A stretch of DNA of 63,616 nt, filler included, from Octopus bimaculoides (Eukaryota), in assembly GCF_001194135.2 (NCBI RefSeq). It is 4 parts of 4 records of this genome, joined end to end, with 100 filler letters (N's around TTAATTAATTAA, not from the genome) between each part and the next. Parts side by side here need not be neighbours in the genome. Positions count along the whole stretch, not along the records: positions 30,470 to 62,375 come from NC_068991.1; 3 more parts are not named here. One strand, given 5' to 3'. Below are positions 46,878-61,310 of this stretch, piece by piece (position 1 is the first letter of the stretch; each line of letters starts with the position of its first letter). The notes under the pieces are model-generated. The model had not been told where the DNA came from. It did not search any database and saw only the letters and a program-made list of their open reading frames with translations. Both the position numbers and the translations under genes were made by a program.

Positions 46878-49182
46878 AATATATTTATATATTTGAGTGA
46901 GTGCATATGTGTTTGTGTATGTTTGGAAAGATACATAGAAAATAGAACTACAGACACATGCGCTTTTCACATACACACATACAGGCACACACACACACAC
47001 ACACATATATATATGCAAACAGACACTCTTAAAAGTGAAGGAAGCCGTCTTTGACAAACTATAGAAAACCGCGTTCGCTACAGACTATGCCACTCATACA
47101 TATAAATGCATAGATATGCCCGCACACATACACTCACACACACAGAGTTGAAGCACTGCTAAATTATGTTTTATATATATAAAATAATAATATATATATA
47201 ATATTCCAATTAGCCGTCATTTCTGACGGCACGGCGTCAGCTGGTATGTGTATATGGGACTGAATACAGAAACATGTAGTTGGTAAACAAATTACTTACC
47301 ACACAGCCAAATACAACACTCAAACATATGTATATGTGCCATTCAATGCTCAAAATGAGGATTAGACAACCGACAACTGATGAAGGGTCGTTCTTTATGT
47401 TACTTGTCCTGTTTTCCATTTGTTTCTCTCGTTGTTTTGCGTATTGAACTCATTTGCTTTCGTATTTCACGTTGTTTACTGTTGTCGACGTCCTGTACCT
47501 ATATGTGCATATGTGTATGTATGTATGTACGTATGTATGTATATATATATATATATATATATANNNNNNNNNNNNNNNNNNNNNNNNNNNNNNNNNNNNN
47601 NNNNNNNNNNNNNNNNNNNNNNNNNNNNNNNNNNNNNNNNNNNNNNNNNNNNNNNNNNNNNNNNNNNNNNNNNNNNNNNNNNNNNNNNNNNNNNNNNNNN
47701 NNNNNNNNNNNNNNNNNNNNNNNNNNNNNNNNNNNNNNNNNNNNNNNNNNNNNNNNNNNNNNNNNNNNNNNNNNNNNNNNNNNNNNNNNNNNNNNNNNNN
47801 NNNNNNNNNNNNNNNNNNNNNNNNNNNNNNNNNNNNNNNNNNNNNNNNNNNNNNNNNNNNNNNNNNNNNNNNNNNNNNNNNNNNNNNNNNNNNNNNNNNN
47901 NNNNNNNNNNNNNNNNNNNNNNNNNNNNNNNNNNNNNNNNNNNNNNNNNNNNNNNNNNNNNNNNNNNNNNNNNNNNNNNNNNNNNNNNNNNNNNNNNATA
48001 TATATATATACACATATATATTATACTTATATGTATATATATATGTATATGTATATACATTATATTATATGTATATATGTATTTATATATATATATATAT
48101 ATATATTTATATACATACAAACATACATGTTGTGTGTGTGTGTGTATCACATTTGTGAAAGAAGCTAATGTTTAATTTAAACCATTCTTCTTTTTTTATA
48201 TACATTTCGCACAACCGCTCTCTTAATAGTAACAATGTTGGCAAAAGATAGACAAACGATGAAATAATGTAAAATAAAATCCTGAAATAATTTGAATTGA
48301 AAAGATTTGAAATATTAATCCCCTTCATCATTTGTTAAAGATAATAAAACAAACAAGTGTTAGAAACGTTGCATCATTTCTTCGTTGAACACGCCAGCTT
48401 TGGGATGTAATAATAGTAATGTTAACAGGAGTTTTTATATGAATAAATAGATTATATCACCATCCGAACTGTGTTGAAAACTTTGAATTTCGACAAGTGT
48501 TTCCATCTCACCAAACGCTTCTCAGTACTTGTTATGAATCCGTACGTACGTAACGTTATAGAATATACGTTAATATATTACGAAGCACAATATAGGCATA
48601 CGCAGACATAAAAACACGATTACACATACAGAAATATACAGGGGTTTGTGAACTGAAGACATATATACATACGTGCATACATGCATAATACATATGTATG
48701 TGTGTGTTTCTATCCTTCTAGATACACGTATTCATATATGTATATATCATATACATACATACATACATACATATATATNNNNNNNNNNNNNNNNNNNNNN
48801 NNNNNNNNNNNNNNNNNNNNNNNNNNNNNNNNNNNNNNNNNNNNNNNNNNNNNNNNNNNNNNNNNNNNNNNNNNNNNNNNNNNNNNNNNNNNNNNNNNNN
48901 NNNNNNNNNNNNNNNNNNNNNNNNNNNNNNNNNNNNNNNNNNNNNNNNNNNNNNNNNNNNNNNNNNNNNNNNNNNNNNNNNNNNNNNNNNNNNNNNNNNN
49001 NNNNNNNNNNNNNNNNNNNNNNNNNNNNNNNNNNNNNNNNNNNNNNNNNNNNNNNNNNNNNNNNNNNNNNNNNNNNNNNNNNNNNNNNNNNNNNNNNNNN
49101 NNNNNNNNNNNNNNNNNNNNNNNNNNNNNNNNNNNNNNNNNNNNNNNNNNNNNNNNNNNNNNNNNNNNNNNNNNNNNNNNNN

Positions 49183-49217
<35 letters not shown>

Positions 49218-49336
49218 ATATATGTATATACACATATATATATATTATATAATATATATATTATGTATAATATATATACACACATATGTAATATTTATAT
49301 ACGTCGTATTTGTGTGTGTGTTTATATATGTACACA

Positions 49337-49376
<40 letters not shown>

Positions 49377-49444
49377 ATGTATGTATATATGTATGTATGT
49401 ATGTATGTATGTGTGTGTGTATGCTATGCATAATTATAACACAT

Positions 49445-49680
49445 AGAAGAATTTTGTAGAGGATTTTATTGATTTTCGGCTTTAAATCTTCTATCAGTTG
49501 TAAACAACATATTTCTTTCTATAATGTATTTTCTAGAATGTTCAAGACTTTTTTTGTTGTTGCAAGTTTTCTCTGGGATTTATACGTAATGGCTGTTTAT
49601 TGGTATATAATTCTATTTATCCTTCAACTTATCAGTGTTATTAAGATGTAGCTATAAAGATTTCTATATTGATTATTTTC
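49445..49680 (-). pseudogene. Possible decayed GIY-YIG C-terminus of a PLE
   Basis: LNILEN..*KEI..LIEDLKPKINK resembles the E..I..LKP.LN end motif. Confidence 0.35.
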
Positions 49681-50039
49681 ACGGGACGGTGAGATATTAA
49701 CTTATGGTTTTTCATATTTATTGTTTAATGTTCCTATTGAATTGTGAATCACCTAACAGATAACCACCGATCAAAACACTGCATCTATTTTCAATATTAG
49801 TAAATAAGAGTGCATTCCAAATACATGAAATAAAATACGTATAACTCAAACAAAATGATATTTTAACTTTACACGTTCCATATATTATGTAATATAACGG
49901 GTTTATAAGAGTGTGTATATATGTCTATATGTATACATGTATATACGTATATTTATATGTGCGTGTACATGCATATTATGTATAATATGTGTATGTGCGT
50001 ATATGTATATAATATGATATATATATTATATATATATTG

Positions 50040-50082
<43 letters not shown>

Positions 50083-50487
50083 TATGTATGTTATATATTA
50101 CATATATTATATGTTATTTATATATATATTATATATTATATATGTTATATATTACATATATTATATTATATTATATTATATTATATTATATTATATTATA
50201 TTATANNNNNNNNNNNNNNNNNNNNNNNNNNNNNNNNNNNNNNNNNNNNNNNNNNNNNNNNNNNNNNNNNNNNNNNNNNNNNNNNNNNNNNNNNNNNNNN
50301 NNNNNNNNNNNNNNNNNNNNNNNNNNNNNNNNNNNNNNNNNNNNNNNNNNNNNNNNNNNNNNNNNNNNNNNNNNNNNNNNNNNNNNNNNNNNNNNNNNNN
50401 NNNNNNNNNNNNNNNNNNNNNNNNNNNNNNNNNNNNNNNNNNNNNNNNNNNNNNNNNNNNNNNNNNNNNNNNNNNNNNNNNNNNNNN

Positions 50488-50560
<73 letters not shown>

Positions 50561-52023
50561 GTATTTGCCATCGTGTTCAGTGAAATGATATCATAGATCT
50601 ATCCAAAATGAAAGTGCTTTTGATCTTAAGTAGAATTTTGTAAAATATATTCTTTGTACGTATTGACTTCCTTATTTAAATGATTTGTAAGAATGATCTA
50701 CTTTAAGAGGAATTATATGTTTAATGTGCAAAATAGAATTGACAAGAAATAAGCTATTTTCATCTGTTTTGGTTGAAATGGAATGAAATTGGCCATACTG
50801 AGAAAGCAATCGTCCGTTCAAATATAATTTTGATATTTATATTCTTTGATTGGTTTTGACTAGACACCGCCTCAGTATTTGAACATATCGTTATTTTCAG
50901 TTGAAAAATCTTAGATAAGAAATAGTGTACATTTATTTAATATCGACGATTTTTTTTTTTATCAAAATAGCTTATGGAAAATAAATAGATATAAGTCCCA
51001 AATTCTATTGAATCAGTGAACTAGAACAACTGCATAAAAGTCAGCTTTCATGTAGTTTTTCTCATCAGCGCCAAGTTAAGAGACTTGTGATAAAACATGC
51101 TTAAATTTGGCCTATCGGAATTTATGGAGATGTGTATGCAGGATTAGTTTCCCGTGTTTTGGTTTGGCTTCTTTTGTAAAGGTTGGTTTATCTGGGTGGT
51201 ATTTGGTTGCTATTCCTCGAAAGTTGAATGATTAACTTGAGCATCTACTTAATCATGGGGTACCTTTTCATGCAACGGATCGTAGGCCGGTTAGATTTAC
51301 AAACCATAATTCTATTAAAATACAAAGTCATGACGAATTGGACTAAACTAAAATCAGAGCTTAAGGGAACAGTTTCATAAACTGTAGAAATATTTATCCG
51401 AACGAGATTTTACGATTTAGAAACAAGGTAGCACTTTGACTGAATAGAATGCCACTCGGTATTTGTTCCGACTCGATACGCTCTGAGTTCAAATCCCACC
51501 AAGGTCTATTCTCGTAGTCGACAAAAAGGAACCACTCTCGTGCAGTGAGATAGAGTGAATTCCTTTGCAGTATCGGTATTTGGCGTTCTGAGTTCAAATC
51601 CTGCTTTGGCCTTGCGGAATAGTACTCTTATCCCGTTTCCGTGTTTAACACCACTTGTTGACAATTTGTGTATTTTAGTAGCATACACTCTCTTGCATTA
51701 GGACCAAGATGATGATTTGAGTATACAGTCCCCCCTCCCTACTCTCCAGTCTCACAGATCTCCTAAGGTGCTATGAACTGTACTTTTACTCCTGACGAAA
51801 ACTCACAAAATTAAAATTATTAGACTAATCAGTTTGAAAAATTAAATGTCCTGCCTAGGGATATAACGAAATATCGAAGTGTTAACGACGGCATATAATC
51901 CGTAGTCGTGATGTTTTGTATCCACTGATAGCACAGTACCCACAGACATCCACTCTCCAATCAGTAGCAGATTATTTCTTTCATATACATTGTTTCTTCT
52001 GATGTACTATAATTTTAATGTAC

Positions 52024-52089
52024 CATCTTATGAGCACCGTCCTCTGACAAAGATTCTATCCATCTTTTGTATATGGAAAGTGAATTGAA
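52024..52089 (-). CDS. Candidate 66-nt exon FNSLSIYKRWIESLSEDGAHKM
   Basis: Acceptor ctcaattcag| and donor atg|gtacat; only phase 0 is open. Confidence 0.2.
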
Positions 52090-53960
52090 CTGAATTGAGT
52101 GGGAGTAAAAAGGTAACCATTTCAGTTATTGTTTGCTAGATACATCCAGGCGAATGGGAAATCGGTTTTTGTAATGTTATATATGCGCATTTATAAGAGA
52201 AATAGATACTAATTAGATATTCATATATGGACTGATTACGTTTGGAAAACTTGTAAACAAAGATGACTTAAGAATACGAAGGATTATCGCAAAAATAATG
52301 CGCACTAATAAAATAAATCTAATTAACGACTTCTTTGAAAACAGATAAAATTTCTTAAATATGTTTCTTTCGTTTGGCGTATGGTATTAAGAAGACACTG
52401 ACCTATTTCTTTTAAATATTCTACTTCAACGAACCGAATAATTTGAAATGATGTTTGGTTTTGTCTTCTGAATCTATTTTCTCTTATCTAATCCTATTTC
52501 TGTGCACTCCAGCGATTCTGAGAAAACAAATATTTATTGGTTTTCTATTTATTTTAATGGCAAGAATACAAAACTATCTTGAACGTAATGAACATATTTT
52601 CAAATATACTACGAATGGATATGCCAGAGTATAAAAACCATAATCTTAATCTGAAACATTCTGGATTAGTTCTGATTATATGTCTCTAATATTTCACGGA
52701 GTGTACTCAAACAACGTCCACAAAACACGTAGTATTCTTAAAGGTGTAGGAACTGATGTGTGGAAAATCTCAGCAGCAGCACCTCAGCACCTCTGAAGAA
52801 TGTACACGATAATTTTATTCAAACCACAGGGGTTAAACAAAGGGGGAACGATACACGGTACTAATCGAATGTACATGAATAACCGCAGTTCGTCAGATAT
52901 CTGAGTATTGCTGATGTAGCGGTATTAAATCGTTTTGCAAGGGCGTTTGTACACTCATAACTATTGTATTTTTTCTCAAATACTCACGTCAATGCACATA
53001 CATTAAAGAAGAGGTTTCTTAATTCAACTATCAGAGTGTAAAACAAACTTTCATAGACTCTCACAAAGCCCATTTCGGTCGGGAGACATTTGCCCTCAAG
53101 GGCTGGATGAACATGCATCTCTTATTCTCTTGGAAACATTTAAACGCCGGCACTACACTTCGCAAATACACTTTACTAAATTAACGCAACAAACTGATAG
53201 AATCACTGGTATATCGAACGAAATGCTTGGGGACATTTCTTCCAAATCGTTGAGTACTGAGTCCATAATTCTTCTGGGGTTAATTTTGTCTTTCATCTCT
53301 CCGGGCTTGATTAAGAACAGGTCATGTGCCGAATCGATGTAATTCGCCTCAAAATTGCTCACCTCGTGACAAAATTACCAGGAATTATTTTAATAAACGA
53401 ATTTATGATATATCGGCTTTAGTTTAGTGAGGTCTTATTTCTTATATAGTTAGAGTGTTCTACTATACAGCAGTATGAAACTCAATATAATATTTCTAGA
53501 ATCCATTTGGTGTAAGATACTTCTAAAGTTTCTATTTTATCTTTTGTATAATATTGAGATATAGCTAAAAACATATTCAATAACCGTTTTATTTTGGGTT
53601 GTTTTTTCGATAGACTGCAATTAAAAGTTTAAAAACTTACTTTAAAAAAAAAACATTATTCGAAATTATTCGATTAGCTATAATAGAATACATTTTAGAA
53701 AATGAATAATTAAATGATTTGATCACATGTCAAAGGAAAAATGAATTTATGGATTTATATACGGTTTGGAAAGTGTCTCCAAGTCGATTTAAGTTTCAAC
53801 GTCCATTGTTATCTCATTGCGACAGAATCCGAATCAATGAGAGAGCCAAGGTGAAGCCAATCAATATACAAGAATCAGCTACCACATATTGCTCATATTA
53901 CAACACGATGTCTTTAAAACGGAAAACCAGATTTCAGAGCATGCTTCTAGGAATTCTTAC

Positions 53961-54010
53961 GTCTCGATCTCTTTCACGTTTAGTTCTACTCAATAACAGA
54001 TGTTCTGCAG
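53961..54010 (-). CDS. Candidate 50-nt exon (A)AEHLLLSRTKRERDRD
   Basis: Acceptor ..ttattatggctcag| and donor |gtaaga; phase 1 to 0; contains an RTKR furin-type motif. Confidence 0.25.
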
Positions 54011-55217
54011 CTGAGCCATAATAACAGTAAAGCAAGCAGAATTAAGTTTTCTCTCCAGAAAAAAATCTATAAACCACAGGTTTCTATCTAATTTATCATG
54101 TATATTATGCCAGGTTAACCATTAATTTTCTCACATTTTTTTTCTAATTTGATAATTCATAACTCTTAAACTAATATGATTTTTATTAATTCAAGATTAG
54201 TAAAAACGATAGCCTGATTATTCGTGGTTTGAGCAGACATTCGAGATTTCGACGCAAAGCACGCATACAGATATACATAATTCCATGAATGTATTATACA
54301 CAAGATATTTACACACATAAATATATCTATGTGAATATGTGTATATAAACATATGCTAGGATATCGCGTATCCCTTAGGGTCAGAGAATAAATATGTAGA
54401 CTTTCGCTTTTCCCGTAAACATTTTACAGGAAGGAAATACTATAGAATCGGCCTAGCTATTTGATATACCCATGGGAAATTTTCCTTCAATTTCTTAAGC
54501 TAATAAAACATATATGAATTATGTATTAACACGCACACAGCAGACTGCTCTGATTTCCTATTTCAGATAGGTAAACAGGTTTTGAGAAGTGAGTATATTT
54601 CCAATAATTTGATATGAACTATCTACACTTTGATAGAGAAGTAATAAACATAACCAACTCATTATAACCGAGTAATTATGTGTGCAGAGTGACATGTTAT
54701 TATTGTAAACAAAATTAAATAAATAAAATAAAAATTCTTTCCTATCTTCTCTTTACCCGAAACAAAAACTTCGCATGGCACTTTTTTGTCGTCATTCTAC
54801 CTGCTAAAGTTAACTATCCACTTTCTATCAAATTGCACATGTTATATTAAACATGACATGACACAAATTATAATGTTTTCTTGCACACACTATGTAGTAA
54901 AGACAGGATGATCATGGTTGGAATGCTTTTGGTCATTGACCTCCTTCATCAAGACTAACTTTCGCTTTAACATAGATTAAATTCGTGGCCTATTCGCTCG
55001 GTGTAACACCTACACACTTCGGATACCTTTAGAAAAGTTCAGCTTATTGCCAAAAATTCACATCAGTTTCAGACTTGAGGATATCTTCTTCACTGCCTGA
55101 TTCCTATCTGACTCACAGCTCTGTAAAAGTTCATGCGCACAACCATTCCTTCTAAATACAATGATGCACACCCAAGAATAAAACTAACAAGACAATAAAG
55201 TTGCATTATATGTTGTT

Positions 55218-55582
55218 GTTGGCACTCCGTCGCTTACGACGTCGAGGGTTCCAGTTGATCCGATCAACGGAACAGCCTGCTCGTGAAATTAACGTGCAAG
55301 TGGTTGAACACTCCACAGACACGTGTACCCTTTACGTAGTTCTCGGGGATATTCAGCGTGACACAGTGTGACAAGGCTGACCCTTTGAATTACAGGCATA
55401 ACTGAAACAGGAAGTAAGAGTGTGAGAAAGTTGTGGTGAAAGAGTACAGCAGGGTTCGCCACCATCCCCTGCCGGAGCCTCGTGGAGCTTTAGGTGTTTT
55501 CGGTCAATAAACACTCACAACGCCCTGTCTGGGAATCGAAACCGCGAGTCCGCTGCCCTAACCACTGGGCCATTGTGCTTCC
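55218..55582 (-). mobile_element. Near full-length SINE family 'B'
   Basis: tRNA-like head (TGGCCCAGTGGTTAGG, GGTTTCGATTCC), body, and tail ..GGAACCCTCGACGTCGTAAGCGACGGAGTGCCAACAAC. Confidence 0.9.
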
Positions 55583-56395
55583 ATTGCATTATATAGCAGT
55601 CATAATAATAAACAGCTTAGAAAAGATTGAAGTAGTCATGTATTTTCCGATAAGAGTATTTCTTTTCAATTAGTCTTTCAGTGATTAGCGAGTATTCTAT
55701 CTAAACAAATTATTCTGTTATGTTTGCGCCCCCCAATTATATCAGACAAATTCATCATATCGTAACCATTTTAGCGTAACACAGATATATCAAACATATA
55801 TATCAAACAAATGATATATATGGAAATATTAGATAAATAAGCTACAGCAGTAATTTTATTTCATATTAGTTACGTGCCAATACCCAAACTTCATGACAAC
55901 TGTCAGTGAAGCTGAACTGGGTTCTCTTATCTCTAGCTATAATATTTACTACAATCAACCGGAATATGTTCCTCAATCTCATGCGTTGGAAATTTGAATG
56001 ATATCACTCACGCTGGCCAACATTGATAATGAAATTTATTATTGTATAAATGTTCTTGTAATTTGTTGTGCCTCCCAACAGTAGTACTTTACTTTTTATA
56101 TCTTTGAGTAAAAGTTGTGAACTAAGCGTGCGTGATGGCAGAGGCATCATTCCGATATCTGATTATTGATCGACTCCTTGATAATTCGACCAGTTTAGAC
56201 GTCATGCTAACACATGTATGAGGTGTATTTCACATCATTAGTATCGCCTTCTGTGTTGTGGAGCGTTTACAACTTACGGAAAATTATAAACGCATTATCA
56301 AATATTTAAGTACTTTTTTTTTTAAATATTCAGACATCTTGAAGAAACTAGTGAAAATCATAATTTAATTACATTGAGAAAATATTCTTCCATAC

Positions 56396-56424
56396 CATCT
56401 ACCGTTAAATGCTTAAAGATATTC
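56396..56424 (-). CDS. Candidate 29-nt exon NIFKHLTVD
   Basis: Acceptor ttccattacag| and donor atg|gtatgg; single open frame; phase-compatible with 53961-54010. Confidence 0.25.
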
Positions 56425-57464
56425 CTGTAATGGAAGCGAAATTGTACGTATTTATTATCATTATACTAGCAGAGAGAACACGAAGAGATGGTTTTAAAAA
56501 CTGTGAATTTCTAATAACTAACATCTGTGTATAGTGAACAATATATATTCTCCCTCCAAGGAAATGATAATAATACAGTATTGACATATGGAAGCAAAGA
56601 GCATATTTAATAAAAGAAACAGACTTCATGAAAAGAAAAGTTTGCAGATTGCTTCCAGAACTGGACAAAATTAGCGAGCTTTAAATTGTGGCATATGAGA
56701 TGAAATATATGTAAATGACTTTAAATATTATATCCAAGAATACTTTATTTAACTGTGCTTCATAGTAGATTTAAAGAAAAATCAGAGGCGCAATGGAAAA
56801 TCTCAACAAATTTGAATATTCAGTAATGAGATTTAGTTTGAGGCTGTTTTCATTAAATTGGAAAACCAAGCTGTTACTTCGAAATTTTTGTACAAGTTGA
56901 AGTTAAATAATATTAAAACAAATCTTATATTTATACATCTCTACTTAATTAAATCTATAAATGTATTTAAACCAGTTGGAAATCATATAATATCATCAAT
57001 AATTGAATAGCGCATCTTATTTTTTAAAAAATTATTAGAATAAGAAATTCCTTTCATCCCTAAACACTAACTGCATGTTTCGGAATTTGGACGCTAATTC
57101 TATAAGATATAACAAGTAAATTGTTAAAAGTACGTGTGCCTTTCGGGTGTATGTAAATAATACAGAAACTGAATCAGGATTAAAAAAAAACAGTCGTAAC
57201 ATAGGCATTCACATGATACATGTACTAATTTGCTCGTATGATACACAACTTGTAATTCAGCTAAACTCACAACAATTGCAAAGAAAAATGTGGGACGTAA
57301 AATTCTTTATCATTAAATGCTTGTAAATAGTTTTGTACGAATTGTAGAATATGTATGTTTACTATGGTTATAAGAACGATTACAAAGTGATAATTTCAAT
57401 AAATTTCATAATCGTGCTTTCTAATAGCTAAAGAGAGATACCGATATATATACACAGATAGATG

Positions 57465-57552
<88 letters not shown>

Positions 57553-58780
57553 TATATATATATATATATATATATAGATAGATAGATAGATAGATAGATA
57601 GATGGATAGAATTAAAACTATTCAAAAGCCATCCAGACTTAAGGAACGAGTATAGATTTGTATGTATACACTGCTTTTGCTAATTCTTTTAGTTGTCTTC
57701 ATGTATAGTGGTAAGCATTGACTCCCTCGCGATTCTCCTATACTTTCACTAAGCGGAAGGAACATCCTGCATGTGGCACCTGAAGTGAGAGACAACTTCC
57801 CTAGCACTAGGCTGGTACCAATTTTCAGCTCAATGATTAGAGCAAACTGAACAGAAGTGCCTGTCACAAGGTTATGTAGCGTCTTTCAGTTCGGTCCAGG
57901 AAATGAACCCATGTTGTTATAAGTACGTGTCGACCACCCTAACGACAAGGTCAGTTGCATTCAAGTTCATAAAAGCATCGACATGCGCGCAAAAGAATGC
58001 TCTCCCTAGAACTGAGTTCAATCGTAAAGCTTGAAATTGCAGCAAATCACGCGAAAGATGCATTATTGATTCAAAAGAATATCGAAGTATCCCCTATATA
58101 ATATGGTTTGGGATTTGAGTTTCATTTATGATAAAACTAAAGAAACCATAATGATACAATGGAAATTCTCAGTAAATTAATGTACTGAATAATGAGAATT
58201 ATATGCATTTAATTGAATATCTGAAATTATTTTTATCCTAATTAAGATTAAATAACATTAGAACAAGCAAGTACTGTATTTGATATTCCGATTTCTAAAT
58301 TAATTATATTTATAAATGTATCTAAATTAGTTAGCAATCGATATATTCTAAAAGATAATTGTTAGTAATTGAATAAGTGTTAAATATATTTGTTTATATA
58401 CTCCTTTATCTGAACTTTTATCTTTTATCATATACTTGTTTCAGTCACCGCCTAGAAGAATTTTAATCGGTCGTAATGCTCCCAGTATTTCTTTATTTTC
58501 AAGCCTGCTCTATCTGTCTCTCTAGGTGGACCGCCACCTTACGCAGACGTATGCTCATCAACACCGGTTGTCAGGTAGTGGTGGAGGGGACAACCACACA
58601 CATATGCATAGCTATGTCTGTTTGTGTGTGTGTATATATATGGTTGTATGTGTTAATGGTTATGCAAACATTTAAGGGAAATAGATATCCACTACACTAC
58701 TGGATGTATACCTACGTATTTATATCCTAGTGCTTACTATTGCATGGCAGTGGCGCAATTGAATATGTATGTATATATAT

Positions 58781-58961
58781 TATTGTGTTTGGGCGAGTCA
58801 TCCTCTTTTAGTACCTTATTAATTTAACACACTCACCGGCCTGATTTCAACTCATTAACTTATTTATAAAAAAATAAATAAGGGAATGAGTGGAAATCAG
58901 ACCGGTGAGTGTGTTAAATTAATAATGCATTAAAAGAGAATGACACTCCCCAGACACAATA
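58781..58961. mobile_element. About 180-bp palindromic MITE-like element next to (TA)n
   Basis: TATTGTGTTTGGG..AATTTAACACACTCACCGG / CCGGTGAGTGTGTTAAATT..CCCAGACACAATA. Confidence 0.75.
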
Positions 58962-59372
58962 AATAAACGATATATATATATACATATATATNNNNNNNNN
59001 NNNNNNNNNNNNNNNNNNNNNNNNNNNNNNNNNNNNNNNNNNNNNNNNNNNNNNNNNNNNNNNNNNNNNNNNNNNNNNNNNNNNNNNNNNNNNNNNNNNN
59101 NNNNNNNNNNNNNNNNNNNNNNNNNNNNNNNNNNNNNNNNNNNNNNNNNNNNNNNNNNNNNNNNNNNNNNNNNNNNNNNNNNNNNNNNNNNNNNNNNNNN
59201 NNNNNNNNNNNNNNNNNNNNNNNNNNNNNNNNNNNNNNNNNNNNNNNNNNNNNNNNNNNNNNNNNNNNNNNNNNNNNNNNNNNNNNNNNNNNNNNNNNNN
59301 NNNNNNNNNNNNNNNNNNNNNNNNNNNNNNNNNNNNNNNNNNNNNNNNNNNNNNNNNNNNNNNNNNNNNNNN

Positions 59373-59404
<32 letters not shown>

Positions 59405-59405
<1 letters not shown>

Positions 59406-59550
59406 GGTCTTATTTTAGTTTTTGTCTACCAAATCCAGCACAAGACTTCTGCATCGGTTGCCTCGAGCATATAATAGAAAGTAATTGCCCGAGGAGCCAC
59501 ACTCAGACGGATGAAAACTGGAACCAAACTTCTTACCATACAGTCTGTGC
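59405..59550 (-). mobile_element. Degenerate SINE family 'C' 5' part (also 62650-62800)
   Basis: Shared ..CAAATCCA..CAAG..CTTCTTA(A)CCA(C/T)ACAG blocks. Confidence 0.5.
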
Positions 59551-59949
59551 CCAGTAATTTTAATCTCATTTAAACGAGATTAATTTATTGCATCGTAATT
59601 TGACACTAATGTTAAGAGAGATAAGGAATTAGTGATTTGTACATATACATATATACACACGTATATACATGCACTCACACACACGCACGCGCATATAATA
59701 AAAGTATGTTTTTGTTTGTGTTTGTGCAAGCAAACATACTTGCTTACGATGGTCACTACATCATATAGACACATATGTACAAACAGCTACGCGTGTACAC
59801 ACACACAGTCGCATAATCACACGGATACACATACATTCATGCATGCTTTTCCTTAGGGTGTTTATGGTGTAGAAAATGAATTAGCCGAAAACGCAAACTT
59901 TACATGTACGCCACATCAGTGCGTTAGCTAATTATATATATATCGAGGC

Positions 59950-60295
59950 AATCCGTCGAGGGTTCCAGTTGATCCGATCAACGGAATAGTCTGCTCGTGA
60001 AATTATCGTGCAAATGGCTGAGCACTCCACAGAGACGTGTACTTTTAACGTAGTTCTAGAGGAGATTCAGCGTTACAAAGAGTGTGACAAGACTGGCCCT
60101 TTGACATACAGGTACAACAGAATCAGGAAGAAAGAATGAGAGAAAGCTGTGGTGAAAGAGTACAACAGGGTTCGCCAAACCCCACCCACCCCGCCAGAGT
60201 CTCGTGGAGCTCTAGGTGTTTTCGCTCAATAAACACTGACAACGCCCGGTCTGAGAATCGAAACCGCGATCCTAAGCAGCGTGCCATTGCGCCTA
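59950..60295 (-). mobile_element. SINE family 'B'
   Basis: Colinear with 55218-55582. Confidence 0.85.
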
Positions 60296-60879
60296 CACAC
60301 ACACACACACACACACACACANNNNNNNNNNNNNNNNNNNNNNNNNNNNNNNNNNNNNNNNNNNNNNNNNNNNNNNNNNNNNNNNNNNNNNNNNNNNNNN
60401 NNNNNNNNNNNNNNNNNNNNNNNNNNNNNNNNNNNNNNNNNNNNNNNNNNNNNNNNNNNNNNNNNNNNNNNNNNNNNNNNNNNNNNNNNNNNNNNNNNNN
60501 NNNNNNATATATATATATATATATATATAGGTGTTCATGAAAGTGAAATGAATTTATAACAGCTTTATAGAAAATGTGGAAAATACAGATGAATTACACT
60601 GAGAAACCTACGTCGCTATTTATCATTTCTCATTAAATACTTCGAAATAAATTTCAGGCCAGAGCAAAATAGCACACGTTTATATTCGCTAAGGCAAGAA
60701 GAATGAGCTGAAAGATGGGGCCTCTTATAGCATTAAAAGTTATTGTGATATTTTAAAAGCGAATAATTATTAATATTCGAAAATATAACATACTAATAAT
60801 ATAATAATATAATAATATAATAATAATATATATATATCTACAGATAAAGAAATAATTATACTCTCAAACGCAGGTTAAT

Positions 60880-61045
60880 GCTAATACGTAGAATGAACAG
60901 GATAAGCTATCCATACTGATACTTTTCCGGAAAGTGGCACAACGCGAATACAAAAGAGACACCATGACAATGTGGCCAGAATGATCCATTGGGATCTCTG
61001 TGGAAATCACGGCAAGTAAACAGCAAAGATTTGATATGAGCAAAA
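60880..61045 (+). mobile_element. R4/Dong-like C-terminal (CCHC/RLE) remnant
   Basis: KVAQREYKR..HDNVARMIHWDLCG. Confidence 0.7.
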
Positions 61046-61049
61046 TCCA

Positions 61050-61310
61050 GAAGCAGTACCAGGCAGTGGCTCTGATGGCTTCTGATCTTAACTGATTGAA
61101 AGTGTTATCATATGCATTGTTTGTCTTGGTATAAAAGATGGGCTGCAGCAAATATTCTGCTTAGTACCACTAATTTGCTTGTCAGTTGCTTGACTTTTAC
61201 CAGTTGAGATCGTCCCTTCGTGGCTGAAGACATGTGCATCACTGATCGCGAGCAAAAGTAATGGGATGCATCATAGTCATGTGTTGAGAGAGAGACATTC
61301 TTTGGGGTTT
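61050..61310. repeat. Interspersed repeat interrupting the R4-like remnant
   Basis: GCAGTACCAGGCAGTGGCTC..CTTCTGATCTTAACTGATTG..; recognised from memory as an octopus repeat, with no second copy in this window. Confidence 0.4.

Noticed and set aside
47375-47500. CTGATGAAGGG as a hammerhead
   Set aside because: No downstream stem II closure or GAAA half; at most a truncated PLE-type terminus.
1004-60559. Most long ORFs in the supplied track (YIYI, CVCV, THTH, poly-X)
   Set aside because: They arise from microsatellites and N gaps that lack stop codons.
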